DNA of 64,000 nucleotides from Trichoplax adhaerens (GCF_000150275.1 NW_002060946.1:1755454-1819453); one strand, 5' to 3'; positions 37,777-51,879 are shown, counted from the first letter of the stretch. Notes: generated from the sequence alone by a model not told the origin. Translations and numbers: made by a program.

Positions 37777-40700
37777 ATGGCCAAAATGCCTACAACCACC
37801 TTGTTATTGCTTCTTGCCTTAACTTCAAATTGTTTCGCTGATATCTATCTCCATAATCCCCGTGGTAGTAATAATCGCCTCAATGAGAAATCAGCGAATC
37901 GACGAAATGCAAATCGATGCTTTGACTCTCAAGTAAGTAAACATATTCTCTTCAAATAGTGATTCAAGGCCAGATGATGTTCCACTTTCCTTCATACCTT
38001 ACTGTAGGATCTATACCATCGACAATGATAATGATAACTAGGGAAAAGACACACGCTCTTACGTACAATATACTACACAACAAGGTTGATCCACTCTATC
38101 CAAACTATTCACCTATTGAAATAGTTTACAACCTAGAGTTCCTACACTCCATTTCTATCTTTAACTACAATCTTTCATGACAAAGCCAAAATAATTGGAT
38201 AGTGTCTTTTCCAACACTCTCGTCGCTATGCTTTTAGTCTTGCCAGCAAAATGAATTCATCTAAACTATTCAACAACGATCTTTCCATTGGTGCCTTCTT
38301 CTACATTTCTCTTTACCCCTTTCCCATTTTACAAGGACATCATCAGTATCAACTGTAAACAAACCGATATTAGTTGCTAGTGTCTTTATTAAGTACTGAG
38401 TCAATTTTCAACTCAGCAATTCTATCCAACAATGAGTAGAAGAAGAAGAGCTTCTTCTTGTAGTTATCCAAGCTTCTCTTATCAGTACCCCAATGATATT
38501 GCCAAGAATGTGCTTCTAATAATAATCGTAAACTGTCAGTCGACTCAGATATGATCGTTACAAATCTCGCAAGCGTTACTTTGCGTCTTGACCATGATAA
38601 TAAAACAAGATGCGTAATGATAATCATTGCCTAAATGAGCCGTCTTAATAAACTATATTGTTGTTGATCTTCTTTCGTATCTTAGAACAACAATCGTGGA
38701 GGTTACAACGTTGGCGACAAAACTAATCAAGCCTTTACTGCTGAGACGGGACAACATCGTATGGTAAGAAAGTTTAAATTACTTTACCTTATCTTACAGC
38801 AGTTCCTTCTGCATGAAAGAAATTCTAGTGATAAATAATTACTTGAAAATAAGATCCAATGGTGCTGATAATGTCCTATGTTAAAATAACGTAGAAAGTG
38901 CTTGAAGGAAGGAAGAGATTTTCATAAAACCATCTTACCATTTACTAGTTGATGACTGCCTAGTCATGATCAGGGTATCCATATTTGTAGCTATCTTTGC
39001 TACACAAGGTCAATAGTACGTTGTACAGTATCCGCAAAGGACAGCTGTAAACAATCTCTGATAATATTCTAGTTCATCAAGCACCTACTACAGTACTATA
39101 AAGCGATCAGATAGAGACTATTCTCAAACATATCATGGTCAATTCAAAACTACCCCAATAGTATATCCATAAAAGCACTTGATCGCTTAAAATCCTTTTC
39201 AATTAGTGATTATCAATTTTTAACGGTATTTCTATCCACAGTTTTAATTCCGGATTTCCCACTACCAAGTAACTTGATGATCAATGTTGTATTTTTCACG
39301 ATGGGAAAATTAATATCGATAACTATACTTGTGTGATTGTTATCTCTCTTTGAAATATTTTTCCCATTGGAAATTAAGACTTGTTATTACTTCAATATAT
39401 TAGCGATATTTTCAGAGCGGTCCCACTAGTGGTCGCGGAAAATCCACTCTATTATTGGAATGGACTAATCAACATGGCTGTGGTGGTAATGAAGATACTG
39501 ATCCACATAAGGTCAATTGTAATCTAGTTATGCAGTATATGTGCCAACCGCAACAAGGAGGACCTGCTGATGACCGGGATAAACTCCGCAATGGCGCTAA
39601 CACACTTCGACAAGATTATTCACCATTAAATAATGCTCGGGTAAATCTACTAGATGTTGCGCTCCAAATTGAGCGTTATTTTATCAATCTTTTAATCAAG
39701 TAATCATATTATTCATATTTCTGTCTTCCTAATTTATGTGTCTAATAACTTCAGGAACTAAGAACAGAAACTCAACAGCAAAAGCAGAATAGGAAAAATG
39801 GAAACGTAAAATCTGATCGAGCATTGCAGGAATCATGGGAATGGTATGATAAATGTCGCATCCGACAACGAAATCAAGGTATGTATTATTATTTGGTGTG
39901 TATAGTACTGTAATAGTTATTTATGGATATATAGTACAATATAATTTTAGCAGATCGTCCAATAAAAGATAATCTGTCCTATTGACTGTCTTCATTTTCC
40001 TTCTAGGGTTATTTACGGCTGATCAGAGATTAAGGACAAACAATGGCTTAGGCTATAGCGCTGCAATATATACTAGACAAAATCCAAACGGTAACCGCTA
40101 CGGTTATGAATGCCCAGAAGAACGTGACTACTATCCATATTGGCATCCAACTGATTGGAAAGATATTGCTATCATGCCTTTTAATACATCATTATGTAAT
40201 TGGTATCAAAGTGAAAGTTTCAACGTTAAAAAGCAGTTTGAGTGTATTGAAAATTATCCTAACAGCAACAATGTAAGACATCGATCACGGTGGAATAATG
40301 AAGCTGATTGTCAATCTAATGGAGGACAGTGGATCGGCTTTACTAATTACCTTGAATACGCACCACAATTGACGACCGAAACTGCATGCAATGCCGCTAA
40401 TGGCAATGCTGCTAGTCCACGATATATTTGGGGTATTCCACATGATGCCCTTGCAACTCGATTGCAATCACGATGTCTTGTTGCTTTACCTGCTCCGGAT
40501 TGTGTTACAGCACCATGGACGCGTGATAATCATCTCGGAAATACACGTGTAGGCCAAGCTTCTCGATACTTATGGACATTGCCTCACTTTCCATCAGGAA
40601 AAGAACATAATTGTATCATAAGAATTCGATATAATATCTCCACTGACGATTATGATCCTTTCAAAACAAATTCAAGCCATAATGAAAATAGGTAAGATAA

Positions 40701-42205
40701 ACTAGTAGAGAGTTAGATTCATTCAAAATCTCATTGAAGGCTAGAACGACGATTTTATCTAAAAATCCCCATTTTAAGACTAGTAAGTGAATGACTTTAT
40801 TATAGAGTATTGGGTATTCAATCGCCTGTTCAACAAAACCCTAATATCGACATTGGAGCCGGCAACTCACCCCTACGCTTGGCGATTAACACAGCGCAAT
40901 ATGGCCGTACGTTTCAAGATCGTTCCCACGTTATAAAATTAATGCCCCGTCCAGCTGGACTCGAGTCTTCAACTATCCATAACATCAACGTACGCGGCAA
41001 GCGTGGTAATATCGTGCAAACATATCCAGCTGTTGAATATGATTTTATACCAAACGATATAAAAATTAAAGCTAATGATTTAATCCATTTTCAATGGGCA
41101 GGTAAGATATCTGATGATTATTTTAAGAATGAAAAAATCGGATATTCTTGCCTACAAAATGTTTGCTTAGTTTACGGATAATAGAGGAACTTGCGCAAAT
41201 GTGTCAGAAACTATAACTAACATACAGTTTTAGATTGTAATTTTCATTCCCGAATAACATCCTTATCTAATGAGGAAGCTAGCGCGCTCAGTGTATGTGT
41301 AATGTATACTTGCACAAATGTTGTGTAAGACTGTACTCAAGCGATGTAAATTGTACGAAGGACTTTGTATCCGATCGCATCATATTTATCGTTATATGTT
41401 TGTGCTCTTGTATCAGTTTATCTCCTATACTGTAGGTGTGTAGTAAATATGAAAGTCGTATATTAGAAGTAATTAGGAGACCTGTAGTTACCTCATCTTG
41501 CTTGTCAGTATGCATCTACTTTACTTTAGCAAAAATACACTACCTAAAATGATGTATACTTGCTCTTCTATTGATTATCTTAGGCTCTAACACCCACAAT
41601 AATGGCAATCCAGCGGGCGACGGACAAGCTGGCGATGCCGGTGAAGGCACACGAGGTAGGAAAACGTATTGGTGCAAAACTTTTTATAGTTATGTAATCA
41701 TATTATAAATCACCTTCTGATAGCACTTGCCCTATTATACTATATAATTATGATGGTGATTCTATTTATTCTATTATTTTCGTTTGATGCTAAATAAACC
41801 GACACAAATTTTCAACCTGTCATAACAATTTCAGGAACGGACAGGAATAATATTGCCCAAATTCGAGATAAAATGGAAAATTTCCCTGTTCCCTTTGAAA
41901 ACAGTACTTTATGGAAGAATGCTGAGTTAATATGGTCTGGTGTAGGACAACCGTCTTCTTCATCTAGTGAAGATATCGCTGTCACTATGGCAAGTGCAGG
42001 TTACTATTTATGTATGAGAAACGCAAAATGTCAAAGCCAATCGGTTGAATCTAAAGCTGAACTGAATAATCTATTAAATAACGCTCCTGCTTCTTTTCCT
42101 GGAGCTCTATTGAGATTTAAAAGTCGTGGCACTTTTTATTACATTTGCTCTCGAAATAATAATTTTTCTAATCGTAGCCAGAAAGGAACTATTATAGTAC
42201 AGTAA
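37777..42205 (+). CDS. DD3-3-like secreted protein (8 coding exons)
   Basis: Exons 37777-37932, 38686-38763, 39404-39640, 39755-39878, 40007-40691, 40806-41101, 41584-41655 and 41835-42205 splice in frame. Signal peptide ([28 protein letters not shown]) and the same family motifs as the minus-strand paralog. It ends SQKGTIIVQ* with no TM segment. Confidence 0.92.
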
Positions 42206-43989
42206 TGAATAGATTAGCGTGAATATTTCTAGCATATCGAAAAATGTAGTAAAATCTTTTTTAATCATACTAAAAGTCGAAGAATCTGTTAGTTGATCTA
42301 GCAATAGCATATGGAAAGTCTAGGCTTTTACGTAGTTAATTATACGAATTCTTACTAATTTGGTAATATCATATAATATCGGTGCAATCTAGTTAAACTT
42401 TTATAAATAGAAAGCACATGTTTTATTTTTTTATACCTTCTTAACCAATAGATGTCTGTTTTAAAAGAATTCTTATATATCTAATACGAGTACATATTAT
42501 TACTAACTGTAATAACTATTAAGTTAAAATATTCAACGATATTATTCCAGCCCATCTTGGCTGAAAGTAATCACCTAATTAACTGCAACATTGCTTTTGT
42601 CTATTTGTACATAATATTATTCCACGGACTCATCTATTAGATAATATCACTTGAATTAATTTAACGTCTGTAGAAGATTTATTCATGCATGTTTGCCTTA
42701 AAATATAACCTACTTATTTCTGACATGATACGTAATAAATAAATATTGGAAGTAGTTTCATTATAATGCCTACAATATAATTTTATTTATTGAGTTTGGA
42801 AGCGAATGCACTTTTGCGGATTGCGGTTTATAAATAGTATTTGTTGCTCTAGCATTTATTATCGTATAAGATTGCACGTTTAAATTAAATGCATCATAAG
42901 TTAGAGAATTACAATATTAAATAGAGTGCGAGTAAATTTAGAGTTTGTATCTACAGTAGAATGCTGATACGTTTTCGTTGGCTTAAATGAACAAATGCAC
43001 TAGAAGGTTTAAGTATAAATTACCAAATTCCATATATTAAATTCTCCACTGACAGTATTGCACCCTTAAAGAAATAAAGTTGAATGCTGGTCTACTAGAA
43101 ATTTGCAAAACTACATATTTAGAGTTGTTAGTCTAACCAACCTACGTCGTAATTATCGTGGCATGACAAAATCCTGTCTTGCTTTATTTTATTCAAGGAG
43201 TGGCATTGAAATGTAAAGTTTCTCATTCAAAAATTCTCATCTATCATCGATTTCTGAAACAAGTCTAATATTAACACATTCACGATATCACTTGTCTTCC
43301 TCTATATAATCTTATACACCGAAATTTCCTGAAACTTCATATCCTTTCAACATTCGTATCCGATATTGTCGGAAATACATTATGTGATATAATTAATTTA
43401 TGAATCTAAGTAAATATGATATTTGCGAAGCCCCCAAAAAGGATGATAACAAGTTTAACAGCAGTGATCATTAATAAAACGCATTTTGCTTTTTCTAAAT
43501 CGCTCTTACGAGAAATTTCTTACGTAACAATATCCACATATGACATTGTCTCTTGTCAGTTAACAATTTCTAGACCATAGTGCATCGATGAGAAACAACT
43601 CCACAACACTTTGTGGCCTAATTTAAAAGTTCTACTTGCAATAGATCAACGTTAGTGACCAGTACGTCTATACCTCGCATCATTACTAATATTGGCTATA
43701 AATTTCCACCCTATTTTTCATGTAGAAATTATTTCTCTTTAGCACCATGCCCGAAAATAATTACGTCGCATAATCATATTGAATTATATTTATTCAATTA
43801 TGTCTTAAAAAAGGATTTAACGTAAACCTTAAATGATTGTTCTAGGTATCTAGAATGTATTCTGGCATAATTTAATTTAATTAGCAAAACGATTATATTT
43901 AAATGGCCAAGATCCTTCGTTTATAAGAAACATCCAACTTGCGTTACCATTGATGAACAATTTCGTATTATAATTGATCTCTAATTAAT

Positions 43990-44639
43990 ACAATAGAGAG
44001 ATCCTAATGTTATAGCTTTATATGCATGGGATACATCCCACTTCTGCTAGTATTTAACAATTAAAAACTAATTTATATCCAAGCTAACAAGAGAATATTG
44101 TCTGTTTTCCTGATGTAAGTTTAACTTAGTTGGATATAATTGAAAGGCTTTACTTTACCTTCTATTGAAAAATACTAATATACATATAGATCTTTTCTAC
44201 CGGTAATTAAGCTTAATATCATGCGTGTATTGTGTAGTAGGTGTTTTCCGGGAGATATTGATCGATTCTAATCTGAAGTGGATTATAAATATAGACCTTC
44301 GTCATGATCGCTACAATAGATAGATCCTGATGCCACAGCTTTATGTCCATGGGACACATCCCACTTCTACTATTAGTTAATAATTGAAAACAAATTTATA
44401 TTCGAGTTAATAAGAGAATATTGCCTATTTTTCCTAATATGAGTTTAACTTAGTTGAATATAATTGAAAGGCTCTACTTTATCTTCTATTGGAAAGCACT
44501 AATATACCCGTAGATCTTTCCTACCGGTAATTATGCTTAAAATAATGTCATGCGTATATTGTAGGTGTTCTCAGGGAGATATCGATCGATTCCAGTCTGT
44601 AGAGGATTATCGATATTGAACTCCTTCTCTATGATCGCT
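43990..44639. repeat. Two-copy tandem duplication (~325 bp)
   Basis: CAATAGA.AGATCCT.ATG..CATGGGA.ACATCCCACTTCT..TTTAACTTAGTTG.ATATAATTGAAAGGCT..CTACCGGTAATTA..ATGATCGCT occurs at ~43990 and ~44313. Confidence 0.9.
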
Positions 44640-47600
44640 CTGATTATAAAATATCACTAGTTGTTATTAATAATATATAACTACTTCATTTGATGAATTC
44701 AACTTATAGGTCGACGGAACTCTCGCTAACGTAGCTAGACTAGAACAATATTAATCTGCCTATGGTTTAGCTCTATTTTCATAACTCTACTCCTTCAGAT
44801 TAAAATATTTTTAACCTATTTATCAAAGCTACTTCTAGCTACTATAGCAAGACTGTTGATAACCTTTTAATTATCTTCATTTTTTGCTACTCCAATTTAA
44901 GATACAGATGTCATTTATATAGGAAAATCTTTTTTATTATCTATGGTACTATTATTATTGCTTTATTATTTAATACTTTGAAATATTCCCTTAACGTATA
45001 ATATTCAAATATCTAGTTTAGCGATTCCGATTTTAAAATAATGTAACCATATTCAGAACCTCCTTCAGTTATTGGAGATTCATCATTACTAATCTTAATT
45101 ACTGTTCAATCTTACAGCTTCAACCTTAACTAAATACCTATTTAATTTAGGACCTAGCTTACGACATATTTATTAAGGATGACTAGAGTAATTACTAGTT
45201 CATATAGTCATAATTATAAGAAACTATTATATTATGGATGCCGCTTGAAATTTTAATCTTTTACGCTTTATTTTATCGTAACAGAATATTGTGAATCAAC
45301 ATATTATATACGCGTATATTACTCGATTTTGGTATAGCCAAATAATTAACATTCTTTAACGACTTTTAACATATTCTACATAGCCATAATAGGTCTTGAG
45401 CGATATTATTTTAACTATTTTAATGTTTTTATTATCTAGGGATATAAACTAAGTAAGAGTCTATTACTCATCCGCTGAGTATTATAAATTCAAATTAGTA
45501 GAATCTATTATTTTGTATCCTGTACAATAGTAAATTTTAACATAGGCTACAAATTTACAGTTATGGCTAGGTTAATAGTCTAGTATTGTTACTTTAGCAA
45601 TTTAAAAGTATAAGTAAATGATATATCCTGTACTAGAGTACAGTGTTGTATATCATTTCGCTATGTAGGTTGTAAAAGATAGAATATTAACTGTTTACTT
45701 TCTTGAATACGGATTGTTTACGCCTTCCTCTAAATTGAACCATTATATCTAGATATAAAACGATAGATGTTGCAAAGCAAATTTATAAACACTGCTATTA
45801 CAGTAAAATCCGGCTATTTATATAGAATACTAACAATCATTTAAGAACCTATTAATCCAATTATAATTAAATTTTTTACTATTGTAATGGCTTGCAGAAG
45901 AGCGATTACTCTAAATTGTATCCTATATTTTCTAGCTCAAACAGCGCTTTATTCTTACCAGGAGGCAATAATCTTTTTGAACCAATTTTAAATCGCTTTC
46001 ATGCCAAATAAACATAGGAAATACAAATACTTGATATACCTATGTAGCCCTTCAACTCATAGCTTCAGAGCCATAGGATCTACGCAGTATACGTGCAATT
46101 GCATATCAAATCTGCGATATATTCATAAACTTTAACTATTTATAATAAAAAGATTAAATTTAATATTACTTTTCAGTTAGAGCAATTAAGATCAATACAA
46201 TTTCAAATTTATTTCACTGCTATAAAAAATGTGATAATATATGTGTATAAATAATAAATATTTCACCTATTTCATGTATGTGAAGACCTAACAACTGATC
46301 AAATACATTTCCTTAACGCTTTTTAAAATTATCCAATCATTGATGCCCATGATATTGCTGAATTTAGTCTACCATAGGATGTCTTCTCTGAAGTAAGATT
46401 TATATTATTATGCATTAAGTTTGAAAAAATTCTGCTAAAAAATCAAGTACTTATTTCTGTTTTACGGAATACATAATATGAGGGTTATTATAATCATAAC
46501 ATTATTTCCTTAATTGATCATTTACAATATATTCTTGTTCAATATAGTCAAGCTACTATTACCGACTCTAAAGACTCTATAATCTGGTGTGGTGTATTAG
46601 TCAATATTTAGCAGATGAAGATACTCAATTAACTAACAGATGTAAAATTCTATGAATAGACTTAATTAGAATGACTTTAAATTGAAGGTATCGGTTACAT
46701 CAAACCTGAGATAATGAAATTAATGACTATTGAAACTGATACGAGCATGCCAGCCATTAAGTTGAGTTATTTTATCTAAATTTTATCAATCATGTTATCA
46801 AGATCAATAGATCAAAAAGAGATAGTTGAAAGATAACCATTATACACGTATATGAGGGTATAGAATAGAAATAAAGTAATTGTCATTACTATCAAATACC
46901 TCTATAAGTATTCTTTGAAGGATGGCGTATTATGTAGTGTAGATAAATGTTAGCTACACAGGCTAATATTCTATATTCTTGATAAAATGAATACGCAAAT
47001 TTTATAGATTTGATAAAAATTTTGATATAGAGTACAAGGACATTTCAAATGATAACCGAATTTATTAAATTAAATCATTTTGACAGGAAGAACCTCTAGA
47101 ATAAGAGAAAATTACAATTTTCTTCTACAAGGTACCGTCATTAATCTCATCTTCACATCTTTATGTACTAGAAATAATTTAAACTCTGATTTAGATTAAG
47201 AAGAAAATTCAATCCAAATTAAAAATGGAGCATGGGAATACAATAACTAACGAATTCTTTGAAAGAGTATACGATAACCTTTCAATCTATAAACCTAATT
47301 GGATGGAGACTGATCAATTGTTATCAATCGGCTACATGTCTAACTGGTTTCGGATAGTTCAGAAAACTTTTCTATTTAGATAACTAGCCGTCAAAATAGT
47401 GGATTAAAGTGTTTGTAAAACACATTTTAGATTTCGAAGTAAAAATTCAAATTTCGATACACAGACTGTAATGCTGTGTCTAATCCTTTTATTGAATTAA
47501 AGATACTATTGCTTTTGTACAGGATATCCCTATGATCATTATGTGAGTCCATAGGTATGGTATTACAAGCTATGAATATGCTCTTTAGAGTAATTTCTTC

Positions 47601-47930
47601 TATCATCTCTAACGACAAGATAATCTTCATATTAAAGACATTAGAATCTTATGACAAATTATTGGATCATCATAGCGAAAAACAGAAATTCTTAATAGTT
47701 ATTCAATACATTAATCGTTTCCTATTGTAATAGTTACAGAGAGAATAGAAACGGTGGCTACTTTAGCTCTTAAAGTAGATTAGCTGAAAATCTGATGAAA
47801 TAATAATTTTTATCCTCTGTTTGTATAAGCTTCTCTATTGAATATCTCTAAAATACATGTAAAATAGTTCATTTTCTATATACCACCCATCACAATCCTG
47901 GCAATAATACTTTAATTAGGGCCATTCTTG

Positions 47931-48208
47931 AAGGACTAGCTATGTTAGAGATATTATTCATGACATAAAGGCTACATATATCAAGGTCAGCAAAACCTTT
48001 CCAACCTTCTACATTACAATCGCTAAAGGATTAGCAATGTTAGAAATATTATTTACGACGCAAAGGTTATGTGTGTTAAGGCTAGTTAAACCTTTCCAAC
48101 TTTCTACGTTGCAATTCTCGAGGGATTAGTAATGTTAGAGATATTATCTACGACATAGAGGTCATATGTTAAGGTCTGTAAAACCTTTTTCAACTTTCTA
48201 CATTACAT
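47931..48208. repeat. Tandem repeat, 3 copies of ~95 bp
   Basis: GGAYTAG..ATGTTAGARATATTAT..AAGG..AAACCTTTCCAACYTTCTAC.TT.CA occurs at ~47931, 48026 and 48121. Confidence 0.85.
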
Positions 48209-48551
48209 AATTTATAGAGGCATTCAATAATAATAGCATTCAAACTGACTGTACCGTCAATATTTACTAATAAAAAAAACTATAATACATGATTAAACTA
48301 TCCGTTAACGCCAAAAAAATCAATATCTATTCCAATCATGAATCAAATTAGAACTAGTTATCTATCCTAGATTACTGCATAACAGTATAGATTTTTTATA
48401 TTTTTTTGCAACACTATCAATTAACGCAAAAATATTAACATCTAATCCAATTATAAGTCCAATTAGAACTAGTTATCTATCATAGTATGTCATATAAAAG
48501 CTTCAATTTTATATTTTTGCGATACTTGAATAGAATTTCAACCTGATAGAA

Positions 48552-49613
48552 TCATTTAAATACTTGCGTAGCTCTTGGTTTATTCCTCTTTCCATGCTTT
48601 CTACTCTTGAGACTGCTGAATAATTTTATGATACCATCACGATATAGCTCGTTGGTTATGGCATACAGAAATGGATTAAGAGAGGAATTAGTTATAATTA
48701 GTATTTTAAAAGCTTTAGAAATATTTGGATCGAGCTGAATAACCTCAAACTGAAAGAGTGTAAAGTATAACTCATTCGGTAGCCAGCATACAATTAAAGC
48801 CATGGATGCAGTAAATGCAGTAATGGTTGCACGTCGGCGAGTTATCGATTTATTAACATTATCGTTTTGGCCAATTTTCGTTAGGAAAAATAATCGCCGA
48901 GCAATATCAATATAGCATAGGACAATAACGGTGACGGGTATAAATAAGCGTATAGTTTCCATAATTATAAAGAAGATATTTCGGGTTGCTTTATCATCAA
49001 AAACAGATCCCCACTGACATGGTGGTATAAAAGCAGGATTAAATGTCTCGTTTAGTATATTCTCTATGGTTAATATTAACTGTCCGATGATAATGCAAGC
49101 TACCATAATTCGACAATTTTTAACTGAGAATAATACTTTATAACGCCATGGTTGAGCAATAGCGAACCAACGTTCTAAAGTGATGGTTAAAACGAGGTAG
49201 ATGGAGATAAAACCAAGTGAGAATAGGAAATATTCTGAATCAATTAGCTTGCAATATAGGACACCTGCTGTACCATTAGGATAAGGAAATGCCTCTGCCG
49301 GGATAACAAATCCAGGTGTAATAATTGCAAAAAGACCAGTGAGCATATCAATAATAGCTAAGCAAAATATTAAAGTATGTAGAGCTCCCTTCATAACTGC
49401 TCGTTGATGGATACTAACCAAGCAAACGAGTAAATTACCAATAATTGCAACACTAGCTAACATACCAAATACAATATGGATGCCAACTGAAGTTTTAGGA
49501 TCTTCAACGATATTAGGAGTGGCCGTTACAGCTGTAGAAGCATTGGATGATAGTGTAGAATTCATAGTAGAATTGATCTGAGCAACAGTATCGGGAAATA
49601 TGGTAAAATTCAT
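48552..49613 (-). CDS. Intronless rhodopsin-like (class A) GPCR, orphan, peptide-receptor-like
   Basis: 353-aa ORF with N-glycosylation sequons at the N-terminus, seven hydrophobic segments and the motifs GN (TM1), LAIID (TM2), Cys and LERWFAI (TM3), ECL2 Cys, CWLP (TM6) and NPFLY (TM7). Confidence 0.95.
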   Translation of the reverse strand: MNFTIFPDTVAQINSTMNSTLSSNASTAVTATPNIVEDPKTSVGIHIVFGMLASVAIIGNLLVCLVSIHQRAVMKGALHTLIFCLAIIDMLTGLFAIITPGFVIPAEAFPYPNGTAGVLYCKLIDSEYFLFSLGFISIYLVLTITLERWFAIAQPWRYKVLFSVKNCRIMVACIIIGQLILTIENILNETFNPAFIPPCQWGSVFDDKATRNIFFIIMETIRLFIPVTVIVLCYIDIARRLFFLTKIGQNDNVNKSITRRRATITAFTASMALIVCWLPNELYFTLFQFEVIQLDPNISKAFKILIITNSSLNPFLYAITNELYRDGIIKLFSSLKSRKHGKRNKPRATQVFK

Positions 49614-50034
49614 CTCGATCTTGATTATCGTGAAATGATGATTGGAGAAATAATTTTAAGGTGAATTTCCACAACCAAACCTACTTGAAGGGTTGAAATT
49701 CTTACAAATTTGAACTGATCAGACAGGAATAAGAATAATGCAGTAGAAATCTTCGTATCACTAGATCGGACAGGATTGCTTTACCTATACTGCTATAATA
49801 ATTGGTTGCAACTAACCTCCAAAATGACGACTTATTTGATTGACTAAAATATCAATTAGACATGATAGTTCTGTAAAGTTAGTCTATCAGAATGAATACT
49901 TTATCGATTTTGATTACAAAAGCCTTAACATATAATCCTTGCAATTTCGAATACCAATCTTTCAAATTTACAATCCAGTGGGATTAATGAGTGATTAGAA
50001 ATAAAAAGCAAACGAATAAATGGTAAGAATAATA

Positions 50035-50275
50035 ATTAATTTAATCGAGTGACAAAGTGTGCGGTAGAAATTGAGAAGTGAAAATAAAGGCCAATAGCTT
50101 CCCAATCGATTATCAATCAATTTAATCGAGTAACAAAGTATACAGTAAAATTGAGAGAGGGTAATGAAAGCCAATAACTGCTCAATTGATTATTAATCAA
50201 TTTAATTGAGTAACAAAGTATATAGAGAAAATGAGAGAGGATAATGAAGGTCAATAGCTGCCCAATCTATTATTC
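50035..50275. repeat. Tandem repeat, 3 copies of ~80 bp, upstream of the GPCR
   Basis: AATTTAATYGAGTRACAAAGT..GAGA..AAT.AA.GYCAATARCT.CYCAAT..ATTAT occurs three times. Confidence 0.8.
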
Positions 50276-51879
50276 TTTCACCAATGGAGTAACTTAAATA
50301 TAGATTCAGTATTAAAATGGTAATAATGAAATAATCTTATCCCATGGCGCCGAAAAGATTTAAAAATAGAGATTCGTATAGATTCTATTTATCTAATTAA
50401 ACGATTATTATGATATTGATTTAGAGAGATATTAATGATAGCATAAATTAATTAAAAGGATAGTTAAAAATGAGAAACTGACATCAAAATAGAAGAAAAT
50501 GAACTGTAATAATATTTTTTTATTTTTAATTAATAAATAAATTAAATCAGCTGCAAATAGATGGATATCCACAAAAATTAGCTGATGAGTAATTTAAGCG
50601 GTAATATCATTAACTCATAGAAAATGTACAGCTTGGATTTGTTTTAACTTTCCAATTATAGCTAATACTCTATATTAAATTAGGTCTTTGTTACAAATAG
50701 TGCTATCTTCTTCAGTGCATGTAATTACCTTTTCCAGTATGATTTTGATTGATTGCTAATGGTGTCAATTTGGATTGAGAAATAATGACAAGAAATACCT
50801 TAGCATACATTTTGCCTATCTGTCCACCTGTGTTGATCACTAAGATGAATTGCAAACATACGGCAATATTCACGGATTGAAATATCTATATAGACCGAGA
50901 GAATGAGGAAGATCAATACTATTCCGCGATGATGAGATATTATTGGCTACTCTAGATCGCTACGGATATTGCTCCTGCAAGTTAGGATAACACTCAATTA
51001 AAACTCCAATTTATACAATAATATCATTGACTAATGTTGAATGCACCTGCTTCAGCTTCATAATGAACGGATTTGTCACTGTAGCAACAAAAAAAATTTA
51101 ACAAAATAAAATAAAATATTGATTATGTGGGGGAAACAGATGCATTTTGCCGTGACGTCGTTGTGTGCCACTTAACGAAATTCATTTCTTTCGATAATAT
51201 TCAGCAAAGATATTGGGCCCCTTCTATCCAGCCAGACTATCAAGCTAACAATATCAATTTTTTAGGCTATAGAATGCCGATTAAATATAGATGAAGGCAT
51301 TTAAAAAAAATAGATCAATTTCTCTTCATGAATTTATTTATTTGTAATATGTATTAAGACCGATCAATAGTAAAAAATAAAAGCATATATTCATTCTCTA
51401 TAGTTGCTATAAAAGATCATCAACAGATTAGCTTTGACCTGGGAAAATAATCAACAACAATATCTAAACATGATTAATGGACATTATTCTCCATTTTGAT
51501 GAATGATAATAGCAGCGTTATAAAAAAAAAATAAGATAAACAAAATGGCGAAATGACAAAATGATTGGGCCTAGACTTGAAGACTTTGACTATTCATCAT
51601 CAATAAACCATTAGCATAATATGGTTAAACAATTAACTGAGCATTTTCAATTGGAGCAACTGTATTATCATAAAAATTAGGCTTATTAAAATATCTGCCT
51701 GCCATTTTGAGCTATAATTAAGGACTTGATAATCTATCTTCTTTCTTGCTATATTTAAGACAGAGGAAATTATAGAATTACTTCTTATGATGCATAACAA
51801 CGTGTTAAACAGCACAATTGATTCCTTACTCCAAAGTGATTAAACAGTCATTTTTTTTCTACAACAATAATACTTAAAC

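Noticed and set aside
46590-47400. Exon-like pieces and a 52-codon ORF (MEHGNTITNEFFERVYDNL..., from 47225)
   Set aside because: I could not join them into a stop-free model and recognise no homology. They may be a remnant but are not supportable.
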